DNA of 63,986 bases, counting the filler, from Lenisia limosa (Eukaryota > Protista > Breviatea): the NCBI GenBank assembly GCA_001655205.1. It is 10 parts of 10 records of this genome, joined end to end, with 100 filler letters (N's around TTAATTAATTAA, not from the genome) between each part and the next. Parts side by side here need not be neighbours in the genome. Positions count along the whole stretch, not along the records: positions 20,720 to 40,078 come from LPNZ01010380.1; positions 40,179 to 41,868 come from LPNZ01010096.1; 8 more parts are not named here. The stretch is one strand, 5' to 3'. Positions 23,701 to 40,365 of the stretch are shown in pieces. The notes under the pieces are model-generated. The model worked only from the letters and a program-made list of their open reading frames with translations, did not search any database and was not told the origin of the DNA. Both the position numbers and the translations under genes were made by a program. How positions within the stretch are numbered: position 1 is the first letter of the stretch; every line of letters begins with the position of its first letter.

Positions 23701-24097
23701 AGTGCGAGAAGATCATCAACAGCACCAAGGTCACAAGAAAGATCTGTTTTCTGTACGATTAGAATTTGACAAGAAAAGATGTACCTCAAAGGGAAACGTT
23801 CATTTGGAAAGTCTGATGAGGCAGTTGAGTTGACTGAGTCAGCAAGGGCCTGAGCAGTCAGAAGGGATGAAATTTCAAAAAGGATTGCTATTTGCCCCAA
23901 TTCAGAGAGACCACCTTCCATATTACAAAATTAAGCTGTAGTCCAACCTTTTGACTGGGCGCTTGTGCTCTTGGGGTAAGTAAAAGAATAATTGCCCCGG
24001 CAAAGGAAAAAATGCAAATCTCCATGGCCAAAGCGTAGAGTTGACTTGAAGTATCATAACTTGAAAGAACAATGGCAACCCAGACGGCTAAGGACAT
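20720..24097 (-). CDS. Multi-pass membrane sensor histidine kinase (HisKA + HATPase_c); C-terminus truncated by scaffold edge
   Basis: H-box SKALFLATMSHEILTPIHGILGF, N-box FTSNAMKFNRNGGQV, G1/F box LRVIDTGIGIPASDIRRIFSPFVQ, G2 box GLGLSTVSEVMKLIGG; several hydrophobic N-terminal exons. Start codon uncertain. Confidence 0.85.
21530..21790 (-). repeat. Repeat family R3, two copies filling a histidine kinase intron and ending at the acceptor AG
   Basis: Reverse complement: ctggagtgatgtgatgcggtgctgtgctgtagatgcgactggtctgggctttgttt..tcaaccctcatg..gatttgggct..tttcataaattttccaattttactcctcacctccctcactctccAG. Confidence 0.85.
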
Positions 24098-24560
24098 TAT
24101 TTAGTGAACCTGAAAGAACGTTCGAGTCTTCTTCTCAAAAATGGATCAAACATCATTAACAGCTTAAATAACCCTGCAAACCTCGACAGATGACAATTAA
24201 TTTGAATTGAAAAAACAGAACAGGATATGTGTTAGCCACGAGCCAACTATCAACATAGTTTTCTGCTTTGGGAGGCATTTAAACCGTCAAGTCATTTGAA
24301 GACAAATAAACTAAAATAAATCACGCTAAGAAGTGATTACTATGGAGTGTTTGAACTCTATTTATGTCAAAAGACATAATATACTGGACGTTCTTTGATT
24401 TAGCCTTTTTTGATCGTTATACCTTCGGACCAAAAATTGCCAAAGCTCGGTTAGTACTCCGCCGCCGTATTTATTGTTGATTTTTTTCAAATTGGGGTTT
24501 CTGGCGACCTGGCGACTATATACTTGGGAGAAACTACATATTATTACATATTCTCACACA

Positions 24561-27031
24561 ATGAAGGTGCTTATTTTCCTCGCTATGTTGGCCTTGGCCT
24601 TCGCAGTAAGCTTAAGGGGACGAAGTGAACAGTTTCAAGATTATTTTAAACCCAATTGACCAATTTAGTTTGAACTTCGCGAAGTATCTTTGGTTGGTGA
24701 GATTGGTTTTTCCTTATTCGCAAATTAAGCATTTAATCAAGCCAGCTGGGAAGTTTTTCATTACATTTCAGGACGAGCAATCTGCTTCAGCTGGATGGCA
24801 AGCTATTGCCGTTGACGCCACCTCTTGTATGTACCCCATTCATGTTTTTGTTTAACTTTTTAGCCCCTATCGTCTTCTCCGCCAACCATTTCAGTAAGTA
24901 GTTGACAGAAATGACACACAAGCCTTGCAATCTTACAATCCAATCATTTCTTACACCCAGATATCGAGGCTGGAACTGATGATGGTGTTCTTGTTATCGG
25001 TATGTTTCCATTTCTCCGAGCACTACTTGACACTTTCTTACTCCGCTCTAGGCGGCGGCTTTTCTGGAGAAATGACTCAGGAAGACATGGAATCTGGAAA
25101 GACACCTGATATCAACTTCTCTATCTTCGTTGCCAACTATGGTGGTCTTGTCGGTGAGTTTGAAATTTGTTCTCGCACAACACTCCGAGCGAAGCTAAAA
25201 ATCTCGAGTACCAAGCCCTGGTTTACCGATTGATGTTTTAGAATATACTGATGTTGACGGAAACAACGCTTTCAACGAAGGTGATACCATCCTTAAGTGG
25301 ATTCCTTTCAAGAACTTCAAAACTTTCCCTAAGTTCAGTACGAGGGTGGTTTTTTATTTTTTACAACCCCTCCTCGTCATTATAGTGCCCTAGACCAAAT
25401 CAAACCAGGCATAATCCTTTAGCTGTCACCACTGTCGGAACTGCCAAGCTCTACACCATCCAGGTCCAGACCAGCGACTCGTATGCTGAATCTTCATGTT
25501 GTATTGGTTGAGCGTAAATGGCAGCACAATTTACTTTGGAGTCAGGCAGAATTTTATGATTCAGTGCCAACAACTTTGCCCTCAAGTGCTATATGACCAA
25601 TGGCGAGGCTGCTGCCTCCGATGGCAAGACCATTGACCCCACCATGTGCAAGTGTGACGTTGAAATGGTATGCCTTTCTTGAAATTCGTTCACTGTTGAT
25701 CATCTTGGTCTAACTTTCTAGTCCGGTATCACTGCTGGCTCTAACCGTGTTGCCCTTATTACCATCATCTACTCCGCTTCTGGCAAATCTGACGGTGAAG
25801 ATCTTGACAGCTCTGAGATGTCCTTTGGCTGTAAGCCGGGTTACAAAATTAACATTTTATTTTTTAATTTTGTTCATAGAAATGCCACTTTTATCCTTTT
25901 ATTTTTTAACTACAGACGCTACCACCCCATTTTTAGATGAGCGATTATTTGACTGACTTAGCGATGGGATACGTCTGGGAGCCTACTTTCACCCGCAATG
26001 GCGCCGGCTCTGCTGACATCCATTCCGCCCAGATCTCTTACTCCAAGCTCGTCGCTGGCCAAACTCGGTATGATGCTACCAAGATGGCCTTTTTGAACTT
26101 GTCAGCACCAACCTCGTAACAATCTCAGTGATGCTGAGGGAATCGTTGCCACTGCTGAGGCCGGCCGTGCCCAGATCCTTGCCAACCACAAGCGCGAAAA
26201 CCTTGATGACCTCGAGATCTTCGTCTCTACTTTCGACTTCGGAGCCTCTACCACTTCTGTAAGCCCTATTGTAAAGGTTGTATAAGGGCACCCTGGGGGT
26301 TTAAGTTTTTTTTCTCGTAAATTTAGCTAAAATTTTTAATCGTATTGTCCACAATATTTTAGGTAAATTTAAGGATGACACTCGGCAGCTAAGTTTTTAT
26401 GAAAATCCCTCTTCAACACGATAAGCAAGCTCTGATGCTGTAACAAGCACTTGACAAAAAAAAAAACGTTTCTTGTCTTCCGTTTTCAAGCAGAAGTTTG
26501 GTCGAAATGAAATGAAGGGTGGTCTCAGTTATCAATAAACATCACGCAGCAAGCCGAAAAACAGCTCTAAAGAACAGTCAAAGCTCTGCTAATCGCCAAA
26601 TTTTGTGCAAAGGTTGCTAGAACCGATCCAATTTTTTAAGTAGCTCCCTCTAGAGAGGTACTTAAAAATTTGTAAAAATTTGATAAAGAGTTTTGCTAAA
26701 ATTATTATTTGCCGAGTGCACCTTTTAAAATTTCGCTAAATTTACGTCGAGGGCGCCCTAAAACAATAAAAGCTTATTATTTTCTTTTGGTTGTTGAATT
26801 TTAGCTTGTCGTACTTACCGTTGTAGGTTTCATGGGATCCTAAGATGACTGTCCCCGACTCTGATAGTGGAGGTAATGGGGGCTGGCGAGCTACATTTGG
26901 AGTTTCTAGAAAAAAAGAAGCCGTGCTTTTACTTGTTTGTCTGATTGTTTTTAGATGGTAATGATGGTGGAGCCGCTGCTGGACTCACTGCTACTTTCGT
27001 TGTGGCTCTCCTCGCTCTCCTTTTCAACTGA
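24561..27031 (+). CDS. Uncharacterised secreted, putatively GPI-anchored surface protein
   Basis: Signal peptide MKVLIFLAMLALAFA; ~13 exons including EYTDVDGNNAFNEGDTILKWIPF, CKCDVEM, VSWDPKM; C-terminus DGNDGGAAAGLTATFVVALLALLFN* (small-residue spacer plus hydrophobic tail). Confidence 0.75.
26286..26758. mobile_element. 473-bp non-autonomous TIR element in an intron, TAA-flanked (PIF/Harbinger-like)
   Basis: TAA|GGGCACCC...GGGCGCCC|TAA, with further imperfect inverted subterminal matches (cgtaaatttagc / gctaaatttacg; cactcggca / tgccgagtg). Confidence 0.65.
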
Positions 27032-27368
27032 TGGGGTTTAGTAACTGGGCAGTTTTGACAAATATATTAATTTTCGCACCCTCTCTTTCTGTTCACTTGT
27101 GCCTCACACTCACAGCGGTTCATGCTTCTTCAATACTTTGCATATGACCTTGTGAAGAAGAACAATCTAAGATGCATAGAAACATAACACACGACCATGA
27201 TACAAACACTGGTCTCAAAATTACAATGAAGAACAAAACAGAAACACAAATAGAATAATAAGATACAGGCGATTAGATTTTCAATTCACCAATTTTGGCG
27301 GTGGTAGTGTTAGCATTGCGTCCTCTGAAGGAGTTATAGGAGAATGAATTTTTCTGAGGTAAAACAGT

Positions 27369-29592
<2,224 letters not shown>

Positions 29593-29821
29593 AGTAAGAC
29601 GTTTATTCAGTGAACTGAAAAGTACCCCTTGGAATAAGCCTTTCTTTGAATTGACTATTTGGTTATCTGACTTTACCTAACTCAGACCTAACTTCACAGT
29701 GATCCAAAAATGCCAAAAAAGCCAAAAAAAATATTTTAAATAGTCCTTTTTATTCTGGGAGTATAAAACCCCACAACTAAAATGTATAAGTTGCTCTTAC
29801 ACGTCAAAAGAGCCTTTAAGA

Positions 29822-33505
<3,684 letters not shown>

Positions 33506-33599
33506 TACATGTACAATTCCAAACATTACACATCCTTAACATAGATAGAAACCCGGTCTTATGGGATTTGAAACAGAAAAAAAACAACACGCCACTAGA

Positions 33600-34708
33600 T
33601 TACACTTTCCTAAATTCCTGGAGAACAGGGTAGATGTTTTCGAAAGCTTGATAGATATGTTCACGGCTCTGAGTTGTTATGGAACCGAATATTTGTCACA
33701 GAATGTGAAAATACATGTTGGCACAAGTAGTCACTGATAATGAAACCCTGCCACACCAAAATGGACCAAATTATTGCCTAAATCAAGAGCAGCCACCAAA
33801 AGCTGACCTTGGCACCCGTTAAAACGATCTTTCCAGAGACGAAGATAAGGAGAACCACCTTAGGATCAAGCATTCGGTAGACTAAACCAGGGAACAGCTC
33901 GGGTTCATACTATAGGTTATGTCAATGGGACTCATGAATAAATCATAATTATGAAACAAAGCCCAGCGCATACTGAAGCATGGGCGCTGTGCTCGATCTG
34001 AAGAGCCTCAAGCTTGACTGGGAACTTGACGTCGGCAGAGGCGACGACGTTTTGGATTTTGAAGTCGTTGAATTTGATATCGTCAGCCTATACGGAGGAT
34101 TAAAGAAAATTGGGTAAACAAAGGACATGGTTCTCCTTATTCATAGTCTCACAATGATAGGCTCACCTTTTCAACCAATTTTCGAACGGTCCTTGCAAAC
34201 TTCCTTGAAGCCAGCTTCGCCTCAGCATCACTGCGAGAGCCAGTACACACCATCTGAAGAACTGTTAACCCTGTAATCTGTATGCCTGTTTGATTGATTT
34301 TTATTTCCCCATGATAGGTTTTCTTTATTTCCAACCTTTCCAGATGAGAAGATCAAGGCAGTCGATTTTGGTTCACGTTGCCTCACAATAACAGGTGGAA
34401 ACCGCTGCTCAGGTAAGTTTATGTCACACAAAATGCATTATGTTGTTTAGTTTCATATTTTAGGCCAATGGGGAGGAAAGATAAGCCTGGGGAAGCTAAA
34501 AACTGATTGGGTTTTTTTGGTGATGTCTGCATCCTACTTTTGGGTTGTACTGTGCATTTCTAGCATGTAGAGCAATGTATTTTAGGTCTAACTTGCATCC
34601 AAGAGAAGAGGTCGCCACAACGTTGCTACAAAGTCAGTAAAATCCCAAAAGAACAAACGTGACAGTGGGCACAATCCCAGAAGGGTGTATTGTTCGATCA
34701 ATATTCAT
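33600..34708 (-). CDS. TBP: TATA-box binding protein (7 exons, very short N-terminus)
   Basis: [140 protein letters not shown]. Confidence 0.97.
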
Positions 34709-35333
34709 CTTTACCCATCAACCCTCAAGTGCTTTTCAACTGCTTTTCAATGAAAAAAAAAAAAAAAAAACTTTAAATACTATTGATTACCTTTGATTAG
34801 TTATTTCATATATAAAGAAAAAAAGTTTCGTTTCAAATTTTCGGCAAAATTAGTTAATAGTGAAGGGGGAATCTCTTGGTTTGGTTGCTAAAGCTGATTT
34901 AATCAGCTTTGAGAGGTGACAGTTGGCAGTTTTTTTTTTTCACAGAATGGGAATGCTTGTTCCCCTTTCAAGCTAAGCAGGTGAACATTAAGAACTAAGC
35001 TGTTAGGATGGTACACTGGGCTGGTTTATTGCCGTTTTCAGCTTGGTGTTTTATTAATAGCATCCTAATCTTAGGCCATAATTGGCTTTAACGTGGTTAA
35101 TGTTATTAATTTCATCGGGTGTGTCTTTGATTGTCGCGTTGTGATTGAAATGAAGCAGAACTCGAAGGTTCAGTCAAATTTGACTCGAAAATCCCACTTC
35201 TGAGGCACTTAGTGACATTTGCTGTGGTTGAAAATATGGGTTATCTCCGAGTAGAACGTTGTGTTGTTTTGATTGGGATCCAACATTTTTTCTTAACATC
35301 CTTACTCTTCTAGGCCTCCAGCCGCCACGGTCA

Positions 35334-38300
35334 AGTACCAAATGACTTATCTCCACAACCATTTAACCGTAAGGGACTTCTAACTCCTGTCGGAGTCGTG
35401 ACATATCCTCCTGAGTTTTTGGAGGACTCCTTTTTTGTAGTTCTTTCCTCATATCAGTAGAACTTGTACAAGTGAATGGACTCTACTTCCCCCAGGATAA
35501 TACAGCAAGACCCGATGTAGGCATTCCTTACAAACATAACGTGTCTTGATCTCACATTGACTCACTCAACGATTTATGCCACTGTCCCACAATTCTCCCT
35601 CAGCCTCTTCTCACTTATCCGTTCCTCTTTGCCCCACTGACCCGTAGAACTCCTTCGTGATGAGTCCACACCTCGGCGGTCTTGTGCAGTACCCGTCACC
35701 CCCCCAAGACAACTTCAACCTCTACTCTATGATGGCGGTCCTCCCCCAGGCCCAGCCAATGTCCGCCAACCTCTTCGGCATGACTCAGGGGGACTCCCTC
35801 CGCCAGGTTCGGGGGGTTTTACGCGTTGGGGTTGTCTTTTCTTCATCTTCATCTTCGTCTTCTTCTTCTTCTTCTTCATTTTTTTTTTTTTTTTTACAAG
35901 TAAGTTCTGCATGTCCCATATAGCCGACGGATAATATTGACTTCGCACATGCATATGGTAAAGCTATTACGGGGCTTGTTGATATGCTTAAAATATTCAA
36001 TTGGAGGTGATTACGGAATTCTTTTACTTGAAATAAAAAGCAACTGCGGGGCAGAGAAAATATCCCTGAATTATGGACAAGTCTTGTACAGCTGTCGCGT
36101 TCATTCCTCCGACTGTTTTCTGACTTCTGAGGTTGCTTTCAGCTTTCCATATTCCTTATGTCTGAACTTATGTTACGGGTAGGGCGAATACTAAAAAATC
36201 GAATAATTTCCATATTTGGCTGGGTTGGTTCTGATTTAGGCATCCAACCTTTCCTTTGGGTTCTCCCTTCAGTTTCCAGTCCCTTTCCTTCCTGATTTCC
36301 CTCTTTTCCTTACCGACTAGTCTCCAAACGTGCGAAACCGGCGGCGTGGCCGTGGATCCTCCCGGCCTCCCATCCGCCATGACGATAGTGGGCCCCCGGG
36401 GGGATCAATAATGTTGAAGATTTCAAGGGATTAGTAATGTTGAAATTTACAAGGGGGGGGTAACACACAATGCTGTATGTAATTGGTTCCCGCTTTTCTT
36501 TGTGCACCAGTCAACCGCCGGATCTGTGATCCAAGTTTCAATGGAGTCTTTAGTGCAAAAAAAAACAGTTTCCCAATCGTTTATAACTGTTTAGACCCCA
36601 ACCGATCCCCTTTCCTCACCCAATTCCGCAACCACCTCATTCAGATCACAAACCTTTGTGATATCTCGGTACGCGCCCGCGAGGGCGGGGGGTGGGTGCC
36701 TGTGTGTGTGTTTGTGTGTTATTGGGTATTAAGATGTGGCTGGGAAGTATTGAAGTGTTGGNNNNNNNNNNNNNNNNNNNNNNNNNNNNNNNNNNNNNNN
36801 NNNNNNNNNNNNNNNNNNNNNNNNNNNNNNNNNNNNNNNNNNNNNNNNNNNNNNNNNNNNNNNNNNNNNNNNNNNNNNNNNNNNNNNAGTTTTGCTGCGA
36901 CCAACACGGTTCCCGCTTCATTCAAAATGTAACCATAGGAACAAAAAAACTGCTTCTGTTAGATGATATATTATAATCGGTGGCTAGAAGTGGTACTTTG
37001 ATTCCAAAAAGGGATTTCATTGTTCCAGTCGATACCCAACGCAAATCCTGACGAACTACAAATATTCTTTGATGAGGTGAGATGCGAGGTAGTGGCTAGA
37101 TTATATATAGCAATGAGAAATAAAAAGTAAGGTTGTATCTGGCNNNNNNNNNNNNNNNNNNNNNNNNNNNNNNNNNNNNNNNNNNNNNNNNNNNNNNNNN
37201 NNNNNNNNNNNNNNNNNNNNNNNNNNNNNNNNNNNNNNNNNNNNNNNNNNNNNNNNNTGTGCCTCATATGTACCTCCCGTAAAGGTGCTTCTTGTAATTA
37301 AAACTAATCTCAAAGCACCTGTAACATACTATACTCTATGGTTGCAACCACTTTCTCATGATGCTTACTTGAAATTAGATTCTTCCTTCTGCGGCCATGC
37401 TGATGACTGATGTGTTTGGAAATTATCCGGTTCAATTTATTTTTGAGGTCAGCTAATTTCTCTGGCATGTTCTCCTTTAATTATCATTCTCGCACTTTCT
37501 CCAACCTCTGCAGCATGGCACAAGAGCAATGCAAGACCAGCTCTACGAAGAAGGCCTCAAAGGAAACTGTATCCGTTTTGCTCACCATGTTAGCTTGGCC
37601 GGGTTGATCATACCTCCTCTCCATTATTCATTATAATATTGCCTGAAGTATGGCCCTAAATGTGTATCGTTTCCCTTGTCTTGATTCAATACATGCTTTT
37701 TTTTTTTATAAAAAAAAAAGTATATAGTGTGCTACTATAATATGAGATGTCATTTTTCCACTCTCCTACTTCCATTGTGGTTCTGCCGCACCCCGCACCC
37801 AATATTCCTATTTTTACACTGATCAATTTCCTCCATCCTCCAGATGTACGGATGTCGAGTGATTCAGTCTGCTGTCAAAGTCCTCAAAAGAGATATCAGA
37901 ACCAAAATTGTCCAAGAGTTTCATGGTAATGGAAGGGCAATTGACTACTTTACGTTTTGGGTTGAATAAGGAGATAAATACCTCCCCCACACCCCCCCTT
38001 TTTTATCTCAAATTTGCCCACTACACTCACGTTTGCAGGTAACATTCTAACGGTCGTTGTGGACCAGCACGCCAACCATTGCGTTCAACGCATCATCCAA
38101 ATGGCGCATGACACGGAGGACCCCCAGATGATGCAGTTCATTGTCGACGAAATGATCCCGGATGTACGAAGGGCTTCATATCACATGTTCAATTCACGTT
38201 TTACCAAGGAAGTGATTTTTTTTTGTGTTGTAATTTACAAATTTCCGTTTTGTTTTACNNNNNNNNNNNNNNNNNNNNNNNNNNNNNNNNNNNNNNNNNN

Positions 38301-39510
38301 NNNNNNNNNNNNNNNNNNNNNNNNNNNNNNNNNNNNNNNNNNNNNNNNNNNNNNNNNNNNNNNNNNNNNNNNNNNNNNNNNNNNNNNNNNNNNNNNNNNN
38401 NNNNNNNNNNNNNNNNNNNNNNNNNNNNNNNNNNNNNNNNNNNNNNNNNNNNGCGCCTTCTCGAGTTCAGTTCCATTGGCCAACTGAGGCAGCTTGCCGC
38501 ACCTCTACTGAACGACTTGGATGAGTGAGAGGATGATGATGATGATGGTGATGATGATGGTGATGGTGATGGATACCATTGTGTTACTCCTGGTATCTCT
38601 CCGTTTTTTTTATATCCCCTATGGTATTGGAAAGAAGGCTTCCAATACAACCAAAAGCAGATAACAAGATAATCTTAAACTGCCTTTCCTCTTTAAAGTG
38701 TACTATCATATCTACAATGATTGTTATTCTATAGTCCAAAGATATCCTTTTAGTATGTGATGGGTATGGACGACTTTGACCAGATACTAGTTTTATTTCG
38801 CCCCTCATAGCCCCCAATTAACTATCTGAATCTTTGCATTCCGCGTTTTACTTTTTCAGCCTGTGCACCAACAGTTACGGCAACTACATTGTACAGCATA
38901 TGCTTGAGTTCTGCCGCTTCGGCCCCCATTCTGAGGTACTAATATTAAGTGATGTGACGCGCCGCAGGTTTTAAAATAGTTACAAATGTTTTATCTCATT
39001 AGATGTGATGGAACTCCAATATTCTGAAGATATACGGGAGAATAATAAATAGTTGATAAGGTAGTAGTGCTTCCTTCCTCAAGAAAATAATAGAAATATC
39101 CTATCACATGAAGAATTGGGAAAGCTTTTGCCCCCTATTTTGTTGTTCGTTGACGTACAATTTCCCCCGTTATTTGACCCCCCCCCCCCNNNNNNNNNNN
39201 NNNNNNNNNNNNNNNNNNNNNNNNNNNNNNNNNNNNNNNNNNNNNNNNNNNNNNNNNNNNNNNNNNNNNNNNNNNNNTGATTCAATTCAGCAAAGACAAG
39301 GTTTTTGGGCTTTTATTTTCATGGCTCCTTTTTATGTGCATTCACGTTTTTTAACCATTTGTACATTATCGAATAATATCGTGTTTCTTTTTCTGATCAT
39401 AATTAAAGCCATTCTAATGCTTCAGTTCGCATCACACATTGTTGAGAAGGCCGTGTCCTTAGGGGGCAAGGCGTTCAAACATGCCGTGGTGGCAGCCTTC
39501 GTTGAGAGGT
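35334..39510 (+). CDS. Pumilio/PUF family RNA-binding protein; R5 core and R8 lost in gaps or past the scaffold end
   Basis: PUF repeats FCCDQHGSRFIQ, LMTDVFGNYPVQFIFEHG, MYGCRVIQSAV, VVDQHANHCVQRII, LCTNSYGNYIVQHMLE, FASHIVEKAV, after a Pro/Gly-rich N-terminus. Start uncertain. Confidence 0.9.
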
Positions 39511-39800
39511 ACGGGCTCTATAAAGCTACATTGGCTTCTTCCTTTCTTGTTCATCTATTTTCCTCCCCTCGATTTTTATTTTTGTGAATTTCGAGGGGGG
39601 GGGGGTCTCAATTTTATTTCTTAAATAATATTTACTTTCCACTTTTCCCTAGACNNNNNNNNNNNNNNNNNNNNNNNNNNNNNNNNNNNNNNNNNNNNNN
39701 NNNNNNNNNNNNNNNNNNNNNNNNNNNNNNNNNNNNNNNNNNNNNNNNNNNNNNNNNNNNNNNNNNNNNNNNNNNNNNNNNNNNNNNNNNNNNNNNNNNN

Positions 39801-39906
39801 GGTTCGAAAAAGACGAAATTATCGAAAAAGATTGAAATTATCGATAAATCCTCGAATACTTCCGATCTTTTACTGGATTTTTTTTTCGAATCGAAGTGAA
39901 ACCCTT
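39801..39906. mobile_element. R1 MITE copy (left end in gap)
   Basis: ggttcgaaaaagac..atcgataaatcctcga..ttcgaatcgaagtgaaaccctt. Confidence 0.8.
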
Positions 39907-39997
39907 CTGACAATGATGAAAGGGTCTCAAGATGAAGATAGCATTCTGTTGATATAATAGTGTACCCCCGCCCCATACTCACCATAAAACCCCCTTG

Positions 39998-40078
39998 CTT
40001 TACATGATGCTGCAGAAGAGACTGGCCTGGGCCTTGCTTTGTTGTTTTCAACCCTCATGTGTCATTAGCCAACAGAGT
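39998..40078 (+). repeat. Repeat family R3 copy
   Basis: atgatgctgcagaagagactggcctgggccttgctttgttgttttcaaccctcatgtgtcattagccaacagagt. Confidence 0.8.
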
Positions 40079-40178
40079 NNNNNNNNNNNNNNNNNNNNNN
40101 NNNNNNNNNNNNNNNNNNNNNNTTAATTAATTAANNNNNNNNNNNNNNNNNNNNNNNNNNNNNNNNNNNNNNNNNNNN
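40079..40178. other. Artificial scaffold-joining spacer
   Basis: N44-TTAATTAATTAA-N44 (40123-40134). Confidence 0.97.
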
Positions 40179-40334
40179 AGAAGAAGCAAGAAGAGGAAGA
40201 GAAGAAGAAGCAAGAAGAGGAAGAGAAGAAGAAGCAAGTAGAGGAAGAGAAGAAGAAGCAAGAAGAGGAAGAGAAGAAGAAGCAAGAAGAGGAAGAGAAG
40301 AAGAAGCAAGAAGAGGAAGAGAAGAAGAAGCAAG

Positions 40335-40345
<11 letters not shown>
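40179..40345 (+). repeat. Coding 24-bp tandem repeat (~7 units, KKQEEEEK)
   Basis: Unit gaagaagcaagaagaggaagagaa repeated, with one variant (gtagag). Confidence 0.9.
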
Positions 40346-40365
<20 letters not shown>

